Shown here: positions 1 to 12,714 of the stretch, piece by piece
Layout of the letters: every line of letters begins with the position of its first letter
Position numbering within the stretch: the stretch's first letter is position 1
The notes under the pieces: generated by a model
Database searches by the model: none
What the model saw: the letters and a program-made list of their open reading frames with translations, nothing else
Told to the model about the DNA's origin: nothing
Source of the DNA: Mobula birostris
Lineage: Eukaryota
Assembly: GCF_030028105.1 (NCBI RefSeq)
Contig: NC_092397.1
Coordinates: forward strand, 22,888,630 to 22,952,629
DNA length: 64,000 nucleotides
Direction: 5' to 3'
Position numbers and translations under genes: made by a program

Positions 1-984
1 GTGACCCTGCTGTATGACAGACACCATTCAGCTGGAAAGAGCACAGAGGAGATTTATGGGGATGTTACTGGATCTCAAAGGATTTGTGGAAAGGTGTTTT
101 GGATAATTTTCCCTGTAATGTTGGAGAATGAGTGCTGATATTGCAGAGGTGTATAAAATCATGAGGGACCTGGAGGCTGGAAATGGAATGAGCTGCTAGG
201 GGGAATGGTTGAGTCAGGGACATTAAAAAGGCACTTGGACAGATAGATGGAAAGAAAAGGTTTTGAAGTATCTGGGCCAAATGCAGAGAAATGGGACAAG
301 GAGGAGGATAACTTTCTTCATAATGTGGTGGTGAGGGGGTTACAGACCACAAGCTCAGATGGGAACTTTGGTCATCGTGGAATCTGTGTGAACCTGACTG
401 TAGACATTGAACTTTTCCAAATGATTTGTTATTTCTTGATAGATTATCAACTCCAGGACCTGAAGTGAAGTTAACAGGACTACAGTTACCTGCTTTTTAT
501 CTTCCACCCTTCTTCAGCAATGGTTTTCAACTCCACTGGGACCTTTCTGTAACAGTGAGTTTTGACAAACTTCAATGTCTCTACTTTCTCTACAGACTTC
601 CTGTGAAACCCTCCAGTGCAGGTCGTTGGGACCTGGTAAAGTTTGCTTTTAGTCCCATTAGTTTCTCCCTTGTGATGCCAATTGTTATACATTATGGCAC
701 AATGTTGAAATGTCACCGTTAGATATCTGTGCGATGTTTGCTGTGACCCACTGTGAGCACTAATGCAAATTATTGAGTTAACTTCTCTGCGTGTTCCTTT
801 TTACTTTTAGCTTTTCACTGGTTCCTAGAAAATCTCTGATTCTCTTGTGCACCACCAGCGCCTCTTTGTATGTTCTTTGATTTAATATTTCCTTGAATGC
901 CTTTGACCACACCCCAGGATCTTGAGGCCGCTCCTACCAATGTTGTCTTTCCCTCCCCCTTTCACCATCATTGTCCCTACATAT

Positions 985-2490
985 AAAGTTCCTATGAAAA
1001 TTTACAGCATTGAATCTCAGTGGATTGAATTTGGCTTTTTTTGAAACCAATCAATGGAAAAAGACTCTTTTGTGTCAAAGGGAAAACAAATCTCTACAAA
1101 ATGCTCTGAACTAATTACAAATCTAAAACACAAAATAATTGTCTGTTTAATTATTCACCCCCTTTAATATGACACTGACACACCGAATCATCATTGGTGC
1201 AGCCAACTAGTTTTCGATGTTGCATGATCAGTTAAATGGGGATCACCGTGTGCAGTCAAGGTGTTTCAATTGATTGTAGTAATAGTACACCTGTAAGTGG
1301 AAGGTCGAACTGCTGGTGAGTCAGTATCCTGGGAGAAACTACACCGTGAAGACAAATCAACACTCCGAGCTGCTCTGCAAACAGGTAATTGACAAACACA
1401 AGCCAGGAGTTGGATACAAGAACATTTCCAAGTCACTGAATGCCCTTGGAGTACAGTTAAGTCACTCATCCAGAAGTGGGAAGTATATGGCACAGCTGTA
1501 AATCTACCAAGAGCAGACTATCCTCAAAAACTGAATGGCCATGCAAGAAGGGGCCAGTGGGGGAGGCCACCAAGAGACCTATGATAACTCTAGAGGAGTT
1601 ACAAGCTTCAGTGGTGGGAGAGATTGTGCATACATCAACTGTTGCCCGGGTGTTTCACCAGTCGCAGCTTTACGGGAGAGTGGCAGAGAAAAAGCCACTG
1701 TTGAAAAATGCTCTGATGAAATCTTCCCTGGAGTTTCCCAGAATTGTTGGGGACTCTGAAGTTAGTTGGAAGAAGATTCTATGGTCTGATGAAAACAAAA
1801 TTGAACCTTTTGACCATCACAAACACTAAGTTTGGAGTAAGCCAAACACCGCACAACATCAAAAACACACCATCCCTACCGTGAAGTATGGTGGAGGCTG
1901 CATCATCCTGTGGGTATGCTTCACTGCAGCAGGCCCTGAAAGGCACATAAAGGTAGAGGGTAAAATGAATGCAGCAAAATACAGGGAAATCCTGGAGGAA
2001 AACCAAATTCAGTCTTCAAGAGAACTGCGACTTAGGAGAAAATTAATTTTCCAGCATGACAATGACCACAAGCATAAAACCAAAGCTGCAAAGGAATGCC
2101 TTAAAACAACAAAGTTAATGTCCTGGAGTGGCTTTGTGAGAGTTCAGACCTCAATCCAATTGAGAATTTGTGGCTGGACTTGAAAAGAAGTGTTCGCTCA
2201 CTAACCCATGCATTCTGACAGAGCTTCTGCAGTTTTGTAAAGAAGAATGTGGAAAAATTGCAGTGTTCAGATGTGCAAAGCTGATAGACACCTATCGACA
2301 CAGACTCAACTGTAAATACTGCCAAAGGTGCATCAACTAATTAAGGCTTTGAAGGAGGTAAATACTAAGGCAATGAATTATTTTGTTTCATATTTACAAT
2401 TAATTTAGATCTGTTTTCACTTTGACACCATAGTCTTTTCTGTTGATCAGTGTCAAAAAAGCCAAATTAAATCCATTGCAAAACAATAAA
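985..2490 (+). mobile_element. Degenerate Tc1/mariner DNA transposon (IR/DR type)
   Basis: Frameshifted transposase pieces: HTH region (VIDKHKPGVGYKNISKSLN), KILWSDENKIE, KYGGGCIILWVCF, IFQHDNDHKH and DLNPIENLW. Long imperfect inverted repeats at ~1020-1165 and ~2351-2477. Confidence 0.9.
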
Positions 2491-2689
2491 ACCTAATAAC
2501 TTACATTTTGCCAATTCCGTGTGGAACATTGAATATAGTGGAATGTCGAAGTCCCAGTCTCTGTAACCATGTCCCTGCAATTACTGTCAGATCAAACATA
2601 TTCATCAGTACACAATATGGAACAGATGGCAACCTGCCCTTCGTCTCACAATATCTGCGCCAATCATAGTAATGATCAGACTTTATTAA

Positions 2690-3245
2690 GTACTGTGGAG
2701 GTCTCACTGGAGTATTGTGAGCAGTTTTGGGCTCTTCATCTTAGGAAGGATGAGCTGAAACTCGATGGGTTTCAAAGGAGGTTCTCCAGATTGATTCCAG
2801 GATGAAACATCTTGTCATATGAAGAGTGTTTGATGGCTCTGGGCCTGTATTCACTGGAATTTTTGAACAATGAGGGGTGGCCCAATTGAAACCTATCGAA
2901 TGGTGAAAGGCAGTGATAAAGTGGATGTGCAGAAGATGGGTGGGAGTGTCTAATATCAGGACACAGCCTCAGAATAGAAGAATATCCTTGTAGAATGTGG
3001 AGATGAGGAATTTCTTTAGCCAGAAAGTGGTTCATCTGTGGAATTCATTGCCACAGGGAGCTGTTAAGCCAGGACTTTATGTATATTTAAGGCAGAGGTT
3101 GATAGATTCTTGATTGGTCAGAGTATGAAGGGATACAGGGGAAAGGCAGGAGACTGGGGCCGAAAGGGAAAATGGATCAGCCACAATGAAATGTCGGAGC
3201 AGACGACGGGCCAAATGGTTGAATTCTGCTCCTATATCTTAGCCT
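2690..3245 (+). mobile_element. CR1 LINE 3' fragment
   Basis: LEYCEQFWALHLRKD...QRRFSRLIPG ORF2 C-terminal motif followed by a CR1-type 3' UTR. Confidence 0.8.
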
Positions 3246-3249
3246 GTGT

Positions 3250-4716
3250 CACTTCCTGAGAAACCTCAATCAATTTTGTCAAGCATGATCTGCCCACACA
3301 AAACCATGTTGATTGTCCCTAAGCAGGCCATGCCTTTCCAAATGTGCATAAATCCTGTGCCTCAATATCCTCCCCAGTAGCTTCTCTACCACTGAAATGA
3401 GGCTGCCCTGCCCATAGATTCCTGGATTCTTGTTATTTCCCTTCTTGATCAAAGCTGCAATATTTCTGACACTCTAGTCCTGTGGGACCTCACATGTTGT
3501 GATCGAGGACACATAGATCCTTGTCAAATCACCGGCAATCTGCTCACTTGTTTCTTTCACTGTTGTAGGATATTTGCCTTCAGGCCCTGGAGTCTTAGCC
3601 ATCTTATTGCTTTTCAGACGTCCCAGCACAACTTGCTCCTTAATCTCAAAATGTCTCTGCACATTCGCATGCCTCATTCTGTTTTCATTGCCATTCAATT
3701 CCTTCACTTCAGTAAATACTGACACAACATACTCATTTAGTACCTCAGCCACTTGATCTGACTTCAACCACATCATTCCTCCTTTAATCTTGAGTCGACA
3801 TTTCTATCCTCTGGTTATCCTCGTCTTATTAATACAAATCACAAGGCCTTGGGATCATCTTTGGTCCTACATTACAAGGACAGTTTGTGGCCCCTTTTGG
3901 CCTTTCCTATCACCTGCTTTAGCATTTCCCTGCTACCTTTATATTCCAAAGGTACCCAGTCTGACTTTAGCTTCACAAACCTTCCATAACCTTTTGACTA
4001 AATTTAGGATCTCTCTGCTTGTCTAAAGATCCCTTCTCCTCACTCCTCACCGGAACATGCTGATCCTGAACTCAGAGTTGCTGGTCTTTAAACAACTCCC
4101 ACACATCAGATGTGGACTTGTCTGACAGTGGCTGCTCCCAATCAATGTCCCTTGGCTCCTGTCTTCCTCCGTCCTGACTTGTCCTCCTGCAAATTAGTAC
4201 CTTCATACAAGATCTACTTTTATTTTTACTTGTAACTAAGAAAAAAAGAAACTTGTGATCACTGTTCCCAAAATGTTCACTGACTCTCAACTGTCACCTG
4301 GCCTGGCTCATTCCCATCTGTTCTCACCTCTGGTTGGGCCCTGTACATAATGTTTCAAACACCTCTCAGATTCACTGAAGAAATCTGGCGCATTTTAGAA
4401 TTAAGCAAGTTCCAGTTAATCTAGAGAAGATAATGTCCCCCCACTGGTTGTTGCGGGGCCAATACAAACACCCCAACAGTGTAACTGCAGATTGCCTCTG
4501 TAAATGAACCTTCCAGTTTGCTGTGACATTCCCAGTGAGGTAACCTCTGCATTTTTAACCCCCCACTCACATGTAAAACAATGAAACCCAGGAATGTTGA
4601 GCTGCCAGCCCTGTCCGTCCGATAACATAATACTCCTAGTGTTGAAATAAACTCATTTCAGCCCATCAGTCCCACCATGTTTATTAGCCTGACATTGGCT
4701 CTCGTTCTTTTCAGAC
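3250..4716 (-). mobile_element. Decayed CR1 LINE ORF2 fragment
   Basis: Minus-strand pieces WQLNIPGFHCF, EHFGNSDH, EVLNEYVVSVFT and KTPGPEGKYP. Confidence 0.7.
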
Positions 4717-5286
<570 letters not shown>

Positions 5287-5319
5287 AAAACTCCCACTTC
5301 CTCCCGAGCACGAAACAAA

Positions 5320-5335
5320 GGCTCTTCTAAGAGCC
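5320..5335 (+). terminator. Histone 3' stem-loop (H4)
   Basis: GGCTCT-TCTA-AGAGCC followed by ACCCA. Confidence 0.95.
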
Positions 5336-5783
5336 ACCCACCGCCTCACAGTCGGAGCCGTATCCACAACCTTTTAATTATTTTTATCGATACATTCAGC
5401 TGAGTTACATTTGAAACACATTAATCGGTTCGGTTTGCAATATTCCTGCGAATCTGCCTTTCCAGTCGGTGATTACTTCAGAACCTCTGAACGCGTTAAG
5501 ATCGATCTTCATTCTTTTATCCGTCTCGGACAGGAATCAGTTCACTCGTTTAGAGAAGCGACTCCGTAATTATGCATTTAAATCTTAACTCAGGGGATTA
5601 GATATTAAATTTATTAAATGAAACTGAAATTGTATAATGCGTGATAAAACTAACGGTAAATAATTTTTAAAGAAGTCTTCCATCACCGTTGCTGGGTGCT
5701 CTGAAATTGGCGGGCAATTTGAAATTGATCCTGCGCCAATCACACTGTATTCTGATCCGATGAAGTCCGACCGCCAGTAAATT

Positions 5784-5991
5784 CCTAGAACTCCTTCTGT
5801 ACGTGGTGTTAGAGGGCGTTTTTTTCTCTCTCTCTGGAGCTCTGTGTTTCGGACAAACCGTTGGAAATTGCCGGGTGTATTAAAGTGAAGACGGAGCTGG
5901 ACGATGAGAGGCCGCTCTCGGCTCTGTCCGTCACTCTGACTCTGTCTCCTCCCCTCCCCGCCTCTGTGTCTCTGCGCGTTTCTCGGGCAGG
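5784..5991 (+). promoter_or_regulatory. Orphan truncated copy of the H4 upstream/promoter region
   Basis: Repeats 4717-4900 (GGAGCTGGACGATGAGAGGCCGCTCTCGGCTCTGTCCGTCACTCTGACTCTGTCTCCTCCCCTCCCCGCC...TCTCGGGCAGG) but stops before the TATA box. No CDS follows. Confidence 0.85.
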
Positions 5992-6069
5992 AGTGGTGGC
6001 AGAGGATTGGAGGATGGGTCATGTTATCCAGTAATTTAGGATCGAAGGAAAACCAAACACAAGACCATT

Positions 6070-6170
6070 CTGCAGATGCTGATGGAGGGTCTCGGCCTGA
6101 AACGTTGGCGGTTTCCAGTTTCTCATAGATGCTGCCTGGCCTGCTGAGTTCCTCCAGCACTGCGCGTGTA
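6070..6170 (+). mobile_element. Penelope-derived short element with degenerate hammerhead motif
   Basis: CTGATGG-AGGGTCTCGGCCT-GAAACGTT at 6079-6106, followed by the family tail GATGCTGCCTGGCCTGCTGAGTTCCTCCAGCA. Confidence 0.65.
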
Positions 6171-6199
6171 TCGCTGCGAGGAAAAGCCTGGGAGCTGAG

Positions 6200-7800
6200 T
6201 CAGGGCTGATAACGTCACTGCCCGGCTCAGCAAATTTATCGATGTCACTAAAGTTGGTGATATCGTGGAGTGTGAAACAATGTAACTAACATTACAACAG
6301 GACGGTGATCAATGAGGTCACTGATTTGAGGAATGACAGATAAATGTGAGATGTTCCATTGTTATTGACGAACCAGGGCAGAACTGCCGTGGGGAATGGT
6401 CTGTCCCTGGGAGTGCTGTAAAACAGAGATATCGGGGTGTAGATATCGAATTCCTTCAGAGTGTAAACACAGGTAGGCAGGACGGTGAAGAAGCTGTTCG
6501 CCACACTCGCATTCATCGGGTAGAGTATCGGCCACTGGACTGTGACGTCACGTTACAGCTCTACCAGCCTCGGGGAAACTACTCTCGGAGCACGGAGTAC
6601 AGTTATAGTTGCCCTGGGATCAGAGGGTGACATTAAACTGGAGAGGGTGCAAAAGGGATTTAACAGGAGGCTGCATAGGCCAGGACCTTTCTCACCAGAG
6701 TGTATGTGACATTAGAGAGGTGATAAAATAATGGCAGTCATAGATACGGTCAACAGTGAATCTGTTATCTCCAGGTTTATGGAGTTGGAAGCGAGAGATT
6801 ACAGATATGAAGTGAGAGAGGAAAGATTTAAATAGGACCCTGAGGAGCAGGTTTTGTACACAGAATGTGCTGTTTACATGGAACAAACTACCCCAAGTGG
6901 TGGTGTAGGTGGGCACAGTTGCAATATCTCTTGGACTGTGGAGAGGGAAGTTTCACAGGGACATGGGCCAAATGCAGGCAACTGACAATAATTTTGTTTG
7001 GCCACTTGGTCAGCATGGATGTGTTGGGCTGAAGGACCTGTTTCTGTGCTGCATAACTCAGTAACTACGTCTGCTGCTGTGGCAGAGTGGGAGAGACAGT
7101 GTCAGTAGTGAGAAGGTTTGGGGGATGTAGACAGGAGAGTGAACGGTTGAGGATGTGGCAGATGGAACAGAATGTGGGGAAATGTGTGATCACCCATTCC
7201 CAGGAACAAACTGTAAGAGTCATTTCCACACAGGGATGTTCAGAGGGACCTGGGCATCCTTGTAAACAAATCACTTGAGTTTACATGCAGATACAACAAG
7301 TAATGAGAGTGCCTGAACTGTGCTGTACTATTCTATGTTCTATTTATATGGGAGGCAGGGTTTGAGGGTCGGCACAACATTGTGGGCCGAAGGGCCTGTA
7401 CTGTGCTGTACTATTCTATGTTCTATGTTCAAACAGTATTTTGTCCTGTGATCCATGGGGATTGTACAAGAGGGTACAGAGGTCTCACTGGGATTATATA
7501 GGGCCCTGGTGAGAGCACACCTTGAGTATCGTGTCCAGGTTTGGTCACACTTCCTCAGGAAGGATATCCCTGCAATAGAGGGAGTGCAGTGACTGTTCCC
7601 CACACTGACTGGGTTGGTTCCGGGGATGGAAGGTTGGTTATATGAGAGGAGAGTGAGTGCGCTGGGTCTGTATTCCCTGCTGTTCATGAGAAAACGAGGA
7701 AATCTGTTAGATTCTTTCAGGATATGACAGGCAATAGGCAAGGAGGATCTTTCCCCTGAATGAGAACTCCATATCTGAGGAAAATACCCTTAGAATGAGG
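6200..7800 (+). mobile_element. Stacked decayed CR1 3' fragments
   Basis: RT C-terminal and 3' UTR remnants, with TTCTATG tail repeats at ~7330 and ~7415. Confidence 0.65.
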
Positions 7801-7807
7801 TGTAAAT

Positions 7808-8045
7808 CACAAACACGAGAGAATCTGCTGATGCTAGAAATCAAACGCAACACACACAAAATGCTGGAAGAACTCAGCAGGACAGGCAGCCTCTATGAAA
7901 AAGAGTTAACAGTCGACACTTCGGGCCGAGACACTTCATCAGATCTCAGGGTGAAGATTCTCAGCCCGAAGCATCGACTCGTTACTCTTTCCCATAGATG
8001 CTGCCCGGCCTGCTGACTTCCTCCAGCATTTTGTGTCTGTTGCTC
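7808..8045. mobile_element. Fold-back (palindromic) Penelope-derived element
   Basis: Left arm CAACACACACAAAATGCTGGAAGAACTCAGCAGG...GTCGAC is the reverse complement of the right arm. Two decayed hammerhead cores lie head-to-head in the centre. Confidence 0.7.
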
Positions 8046-8199
8046 AGAATGAGGTGACAAGCATTCAGGATGGAAATGAGATATTTTGTAAATCAGAGAA
8101 CAAAGAACTTCTGTATTCCTTATATAAGTAATGTGGAGCCTCAGTTGCTGGGTTGAGTCAAAGCTGAGATCAACAGTCTCTGGGAGAGATTTAGTCACT

Positions 8200-8670
8200 A
8201 AGTGAGTCCATAAGACCATAAGATACAGGAGCAGAATTCGACCATTTTGCCTGTTTAGCCTTCTCTGGCATTTCATCATCACTGATCAATTTTTCCTCTC
8301 AGCCCCAATCTCCTGCCTTCCATTGTATCCCTTCATGCCCTGACCAATCAAGAATCTATCAATCTCTGCCTATACCCAGTGATTTGGCCTCCACAGCTGC
8401 CTGTAGCAAAAAAATTCACGGATTCACCACTCTCTGGCTGAAGAAATTCCTCCTCATTTCCATTCTGAAAGGATGACCCTCTATTTTGAAGCTGTGTGGT
8501 CCAGTTTTAGACACACCCATCACAGGAAAAATCCTCTCCACATCCACTCAATCAAGCCCTTTCACTATTTGATAGGTTTCAATTTGGTAACCCTTCTTTC
8601 TTCGAAGTTCCAATGAATAGAGGCCCAGAGCCGTGAAACTCTCTTCATTAGGCAAGCCATTTACTCCTGA
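8200..8670 (-). mobile_element. CR1 3' fragment
   Basis: Reverse complement of the same 3' UTR type seen at 2800-3245. Confidence 0.7.
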
Positions 8671-9000
8671 GTAAAATTCTCCATTTGTGATGTCATGTCC
8701 GCACAAAAAAATCTGGATTTCAGAGATGTTTGCATTTTGGAATTATGGACCAATCTCCACAGACCTAATCACTAATTTGTACTGCAGTGAACACTGTTAA
8801 TTTAACCCATGCAATCCCAGGCATACAGATGCAAAATAAAGACAATTCTAAATTGAAAGTTGGAAAGTTGAACCTTACTTGGAGGTAAAGCCTGATTACT
8901 AGGCCTCAGAACATTCTACTCCCCAAATGGTCAAAATAAAGCCAAGTAACAAGGTTTAAAATACCCACAACATGCAGAATTGCATGCCTCTCATTACCTT

Positions 9001-9135
9001 GATCCATGGGATAAACACAAGCGGGCCTGATTAACCCTGGCTGGGTTGCCTGGGCGAGGATGTCTCATGATTAAAGACCCAAAACACCCAATGACCCCAG
9101 GTTGCATTACTGACGATGTGTCCCTTTGCAACACC
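9001..9135 (+). mobile_element. Possible 3' end of a HERO/NeSL-like non-LTR retrotransposon
   Basis: GGCTGGGTTGCCTGGGCGAGGATGTCTCATGATTAAAGACCCAAAACACCCAATGACCCCAGGTTGCATTACTGACGATGTGTCC resembles, from recall only, 3' UTRs of fish HERO-type elements. Needs a Repbase/Dfam search. Confidence 0.3.
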
Positions 9136-9889
9136 CGGTTCATTAAGCCAAGTGGTGTCAGGCCACGTTAATGAAAGGAATGGGCAAGATTGAAGTGACT
9201 CCACTACACTACCCTATCCACCATAGCCCCACCTATCTCACCATACTAAACTCCACAGCATTATCTCTCCCAGCCCCGCATATACATCCACCAGCCCTCC
9301 CCTCAAACCTAATCCTGAGGTTCAAGGGGGCACACACCCCCACAAACCCGATGACCAGTGTAAGGAGAAGGAAGATGCAATAAAGGCAAGTGTTGGACTT
9401 GGTTAATGAAGGCATGGGCCAGACCAAAGTGGCAGCGTTGTGTGACACTGAATCCAGAGTGACGAGATGAAGAAGCACAAGAGGGATGATTCTCCCACTG
9501 CCGGCATAATCTGTTTGTTATTTTGATTTTGTTCTGATAGTCTTCTGTCTGTTTGAATATTTTGGTATAATTCATATTTAATTTCAGTGTTTCTTGTCAG
9601 TGTTGTGTCTCTGATGCAATGTCTGTGATGCTGCTACAAATACTTTGTTCCTTTCACCTGTGCATAAATAAACTCGATTTAAACTTTACACTGAAATGTC
9701 CAAATCTCTCCTTCACTCTCCTGCAGCCCTATGTCATGAACTAAATGTCCTAGTGTTTAATTTTACAATATTTCATCTGATTTTATTTTCATTCGGCTTT
9801 TGAAATTTGCGTTTCCTTTTTCAATTTCAGCCCGCACCCCGGCCTGTCTCTGCCCTTCAGTACTTCCTCCCGCATTAAACGACAGCGGT

Positions 9890-10072
9890 AAACCCCGCCC
9901 ATTGGCGCCGCTTCCCATCCCCCAGCATTCCGATTGGTGATTCATTTCTCCAAACAGCCAATGGAAATGCTCAGCATTCCCATCCTCATTAACATACCGC
10001 TTTGGGCGCTGCCTATTTAATCCGCGCTCCGAACAGCTTCTGCTTATTATTGTGTTTGAAACCGACGAGGAA
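9890..10072 (+). promoter_or_regulatory. H2B promoter
   Basis: GC box, CCAAT/ATTGG boxes, octamer-like ATTAACAT at 9988-9995 and TATTTAA at 10014-10020. Confidence 0.7.
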
Positions 10073-10447
10073 ATGCCTGATCCAGCGAAACCCGCTCCTA
10101 AGAAGGGCGCCAAGAAAGCTTTGTCCAAACCAGCGAGCAAGACTGGCAAGAAGCGCAAGAGGTCGAGGAAGGAGACTTACGCCATCTACATCTACAAAGT
10201 GATGAAGCAGGTTCACCCCGACACCGGCATCTCCTCCAAGGCCATGAGCATCATGAATTCATTCGTCAACGATATTTTCGAGCGCATCGCGGGCGAGGCT
10301 TCCCGCCTGGCCCATTACAACAAGCGGTCCACCATCAGCTCCCGGGAGATCCAGACCGCCGTGCGGCTGCTGCTGCCCGGGGAGCTGGCCAAGCACGCCG
10401 TGTCCGAAGGGACAAAGGCGGTGACCAAGTACACCAGCTCCAAGTGA
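10073..10447 (+). CDS. H2B: Histone H2B
   Basis: ATG at 10073 ([12 protein letters not shown]...), complete histone fold ending AVTKYTSSK, with stem-loop. Confidence 0.98.
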   Translation: MPDPAKPAPKKGAKKALSKPASKTGKKRKRSRKETYAIYIYKVMKQVHPDTGISSKAMSIMNSFVNDIFERIAGEASRLAHYNKRSTISSREIQTAVRLLLPGELAKHAVSEGTKAVTKYTSSK

Positions 10448-10484
10448 AGACAAGTTCACTGACAAAACAAACCGGAAAATCAAA

Positions 10485-10500
10485 GGCTCTTTTAAGAGCC
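10485..10500 (+). terminator. Histone 3' stem-loop (H2B)
   Basis: GGCTCT-TTTA-AGAGCC followed by a purine-rich downstream element AAAAGAGTT. Confidence 0.95.
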
Positions 10501-11039
10501 ACTCACGGTTTCATTAAAAGAGTTACACGATATTGAGACATGGAATTGAGGTAAATTTGGAATTTTTTGTTGAAATGCTCATTCAGAATCTTATCCCCGT
10601 TAATCAGAACTTGCTGTCCGCTGCTCAGTATAATCCCAATTTCTCTGTTAATTCCTGCCAACTGCACAGACACGGAATCGTTACACACCCGTTTCCCCGT
10701 CGCTTCCTCTCGGTCATCAGATTTCTCTGACATGGACGCTAATGTTTCTGGTTTAAATACCGTGGGTTCATTAAGCTTTGTCCCATTTTCGATACTTCTC
10801 TTAACCCCATTCCGACGCAAGAGCTGAACACTGTCACGGGTCGTTCAGAGTACTTGTTAAAGCTCCACTTTCTGACGGGTGACCCCTTGCTAAACTGACT
10901 TGAGTTTACACAATGACCGACCGCGAACAGCAGCTGAGGACCGGTTTTATTCCAATCGTTTATCAATTGAAAGATATCGGTGAACTAATTTCTCAGACAC
11001 CATCGCAATATTAACTACACTTTGTTTAAGTGTGTCGGA

Positions 11040-11255
11040 CTCCAGTAACGGGGGTAAAGAGCCGACAAACAAACCTGTTGTGGTTTAATTTCAGCAACAA
11101 AGGCTTTTTTGGCGGTGTATTGCAAATTTCAGTTTATTTCGGCGGTTAGACGGTATTTTCCGCGCTTCTACAGTCTGATTGGTGAATAAGGCAGCTCTGT
11201 GATTGGAATATTTGCTCTTTCAAATCAGAATGGGCACTGGTTCACCAATCATAAA
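11040..11255 (+). promoter_or_regulatory. Orphan H2A-type promoter (no H2A CDS follows)
   Basis: Collinear similarity to 18180-18415: TTTTTGGCGG, CCGCGCTTCT, GATTGGTGA.TAAGGCAG, GATTGG and ACCAATCA. Confidence 0.65.
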
Positions 11256-11424
11256 CGCCCCACTACATTCCGCACCTCCCGCCCCGCCTGCATCAGAAGG
11301 GCGATTTTCAGAAGCCTGATTTCTAATGGTCAAAACTTCGTTTATTTCTGATTTATCAAATCTATGTGATGTTATATGTATTCAGGAAACCTGATTGTTC
11401 TCGCATTTAAGTTCTTCCTTCCAG

Positions 11425-12690
11425 TGTTATATTGTAATTAAGCGTGATAGATTAGTTGGTAGAGGAGGTGGTCTTGCAAGTTTTTTTAAAGAGAGGGAGA
11501 GGCCATAAAGTTGTGGATGTAAATGAAATGTATGAGGCATTTGAAGACATTTGATTCCACAGGTAGGGGCAATAAAGTGGTATATTATTATAACGTCGAC
11601 TGTACCTCTTCCTAGAGATGCTGCCTGGCCTGCTGCGTTCACCAGCAACTTTTATGCGTGTTGCTTGAAATTCCAGCATCTGCAGATTTCCTCGTGTTTG
11701 TGTATTATTATAACCATTGTGGAAAGCTTCCGATTGATTTGTTGGAGAGTATACGTAGCTCTAGCTCACTAAGCGTTGTATGGTGTGGGGATTTTAACAC
11801 ATAGTTAATTTACTGTGGGGTTGTTCTCAGATTGGTAATATTTTGTTTATAGAAGAGTTTCAGATATTTCATATCCTGTTAGTCTTTATGGTGGGAGAGG
11901 TACGAGATTTAATGTTCATAATAGTTCTGAAAATGCTGTAAATTTAACTTTAGTTTTGAACATTGGAGTGAGTAGTGGGATGTCATGGGAGATGAAGCAT
12001 TGGGGAGTGATCGTTTCCCTATGTTTATAAGCTTGGGTTTGGATTTATATAGGGGGCATGAGGCCACTTTTAGGAGGTGGAACTCTGGTAAAGCAAATTG
12101 GGAGAAGTTTGAATGTTTTATGTGCTGAGTGTCTGTCTGGGCTGAATGGTGAGGATGATGTGGATTTCTGCAAAGAAACGTTGTGACATTATTCATCAAA
12201 TAGTGGTGGCAGAGATTCAATTTAAAAAGTGCAGTAGTGGGAGAAAAGCTGTACCGTGGTGGACGGAGGAGTGTGCAGAGGCAGTTACTGAGAGAAACGT
12301 GGCATTTCGGAAAGTTAGGAAGTATCACTCTCCGCGTAATCATATTAAGTGTAACAGGTCACAGGCCGTGGTGAGGAAAGTAATGAAGCTTGTGAAAAAG
12401 ATTTACTGGAGGTCATATTGTGAAAGTATTGGAAGGACTATTAAACTTGAAGATGTTTGGGGAATGACTAAGAAAATGGGGGTGTGGGATTCATAGGGTT
12501 CCGAATATTGATTAAAGAAGGTAATACAATTGTTCCTGAAGGAGAGACGGTTGAGTCCTGGCTCGGTCATTTGCTGCAATTCATAATCAAAATAGGTGGA
12601 GAGACTAAACAATGTAGCAATAAGGTTTTACAAGAATATCTTAATGTGTTGGAAACCAGCTGCAGCAATGATAGTATTAGTGATGTAGAG
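11425..12690 (+). mobile_element. I/Nimb-like LINE ORF2 fragment (endonuclease to linker)
   Basis: VPWWTEECAEAVTERNVAFRKV...YWRSYCESIG...VWGMTKKM. Same family as the minus-strand element at 56950-62520. Interrupted by a Penelope-derived piece at ~11592-11700. Confidence 0.65.
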
Positions 12691-12714
12691 TTTCTTTGTG
12701 TGAATTTAAGAATT

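Noticed and set aside
5585-6160. 191-aa minus-strand ORF
   Set aside because: Spans a Penelope-derived repeat, the orphan H4 promoter and spacer DNA, with no protein motif.
10052-10072. N-terminal extensions of H2B, H2A and H3 in the ORF track (10052, 17264, 18452, 30821)
   Set aside because: They start at GTG/TTG or at an ATG overlapping the TATA box. The canonical ATGs at 10073, 17288, 18515 and 30779 were used.
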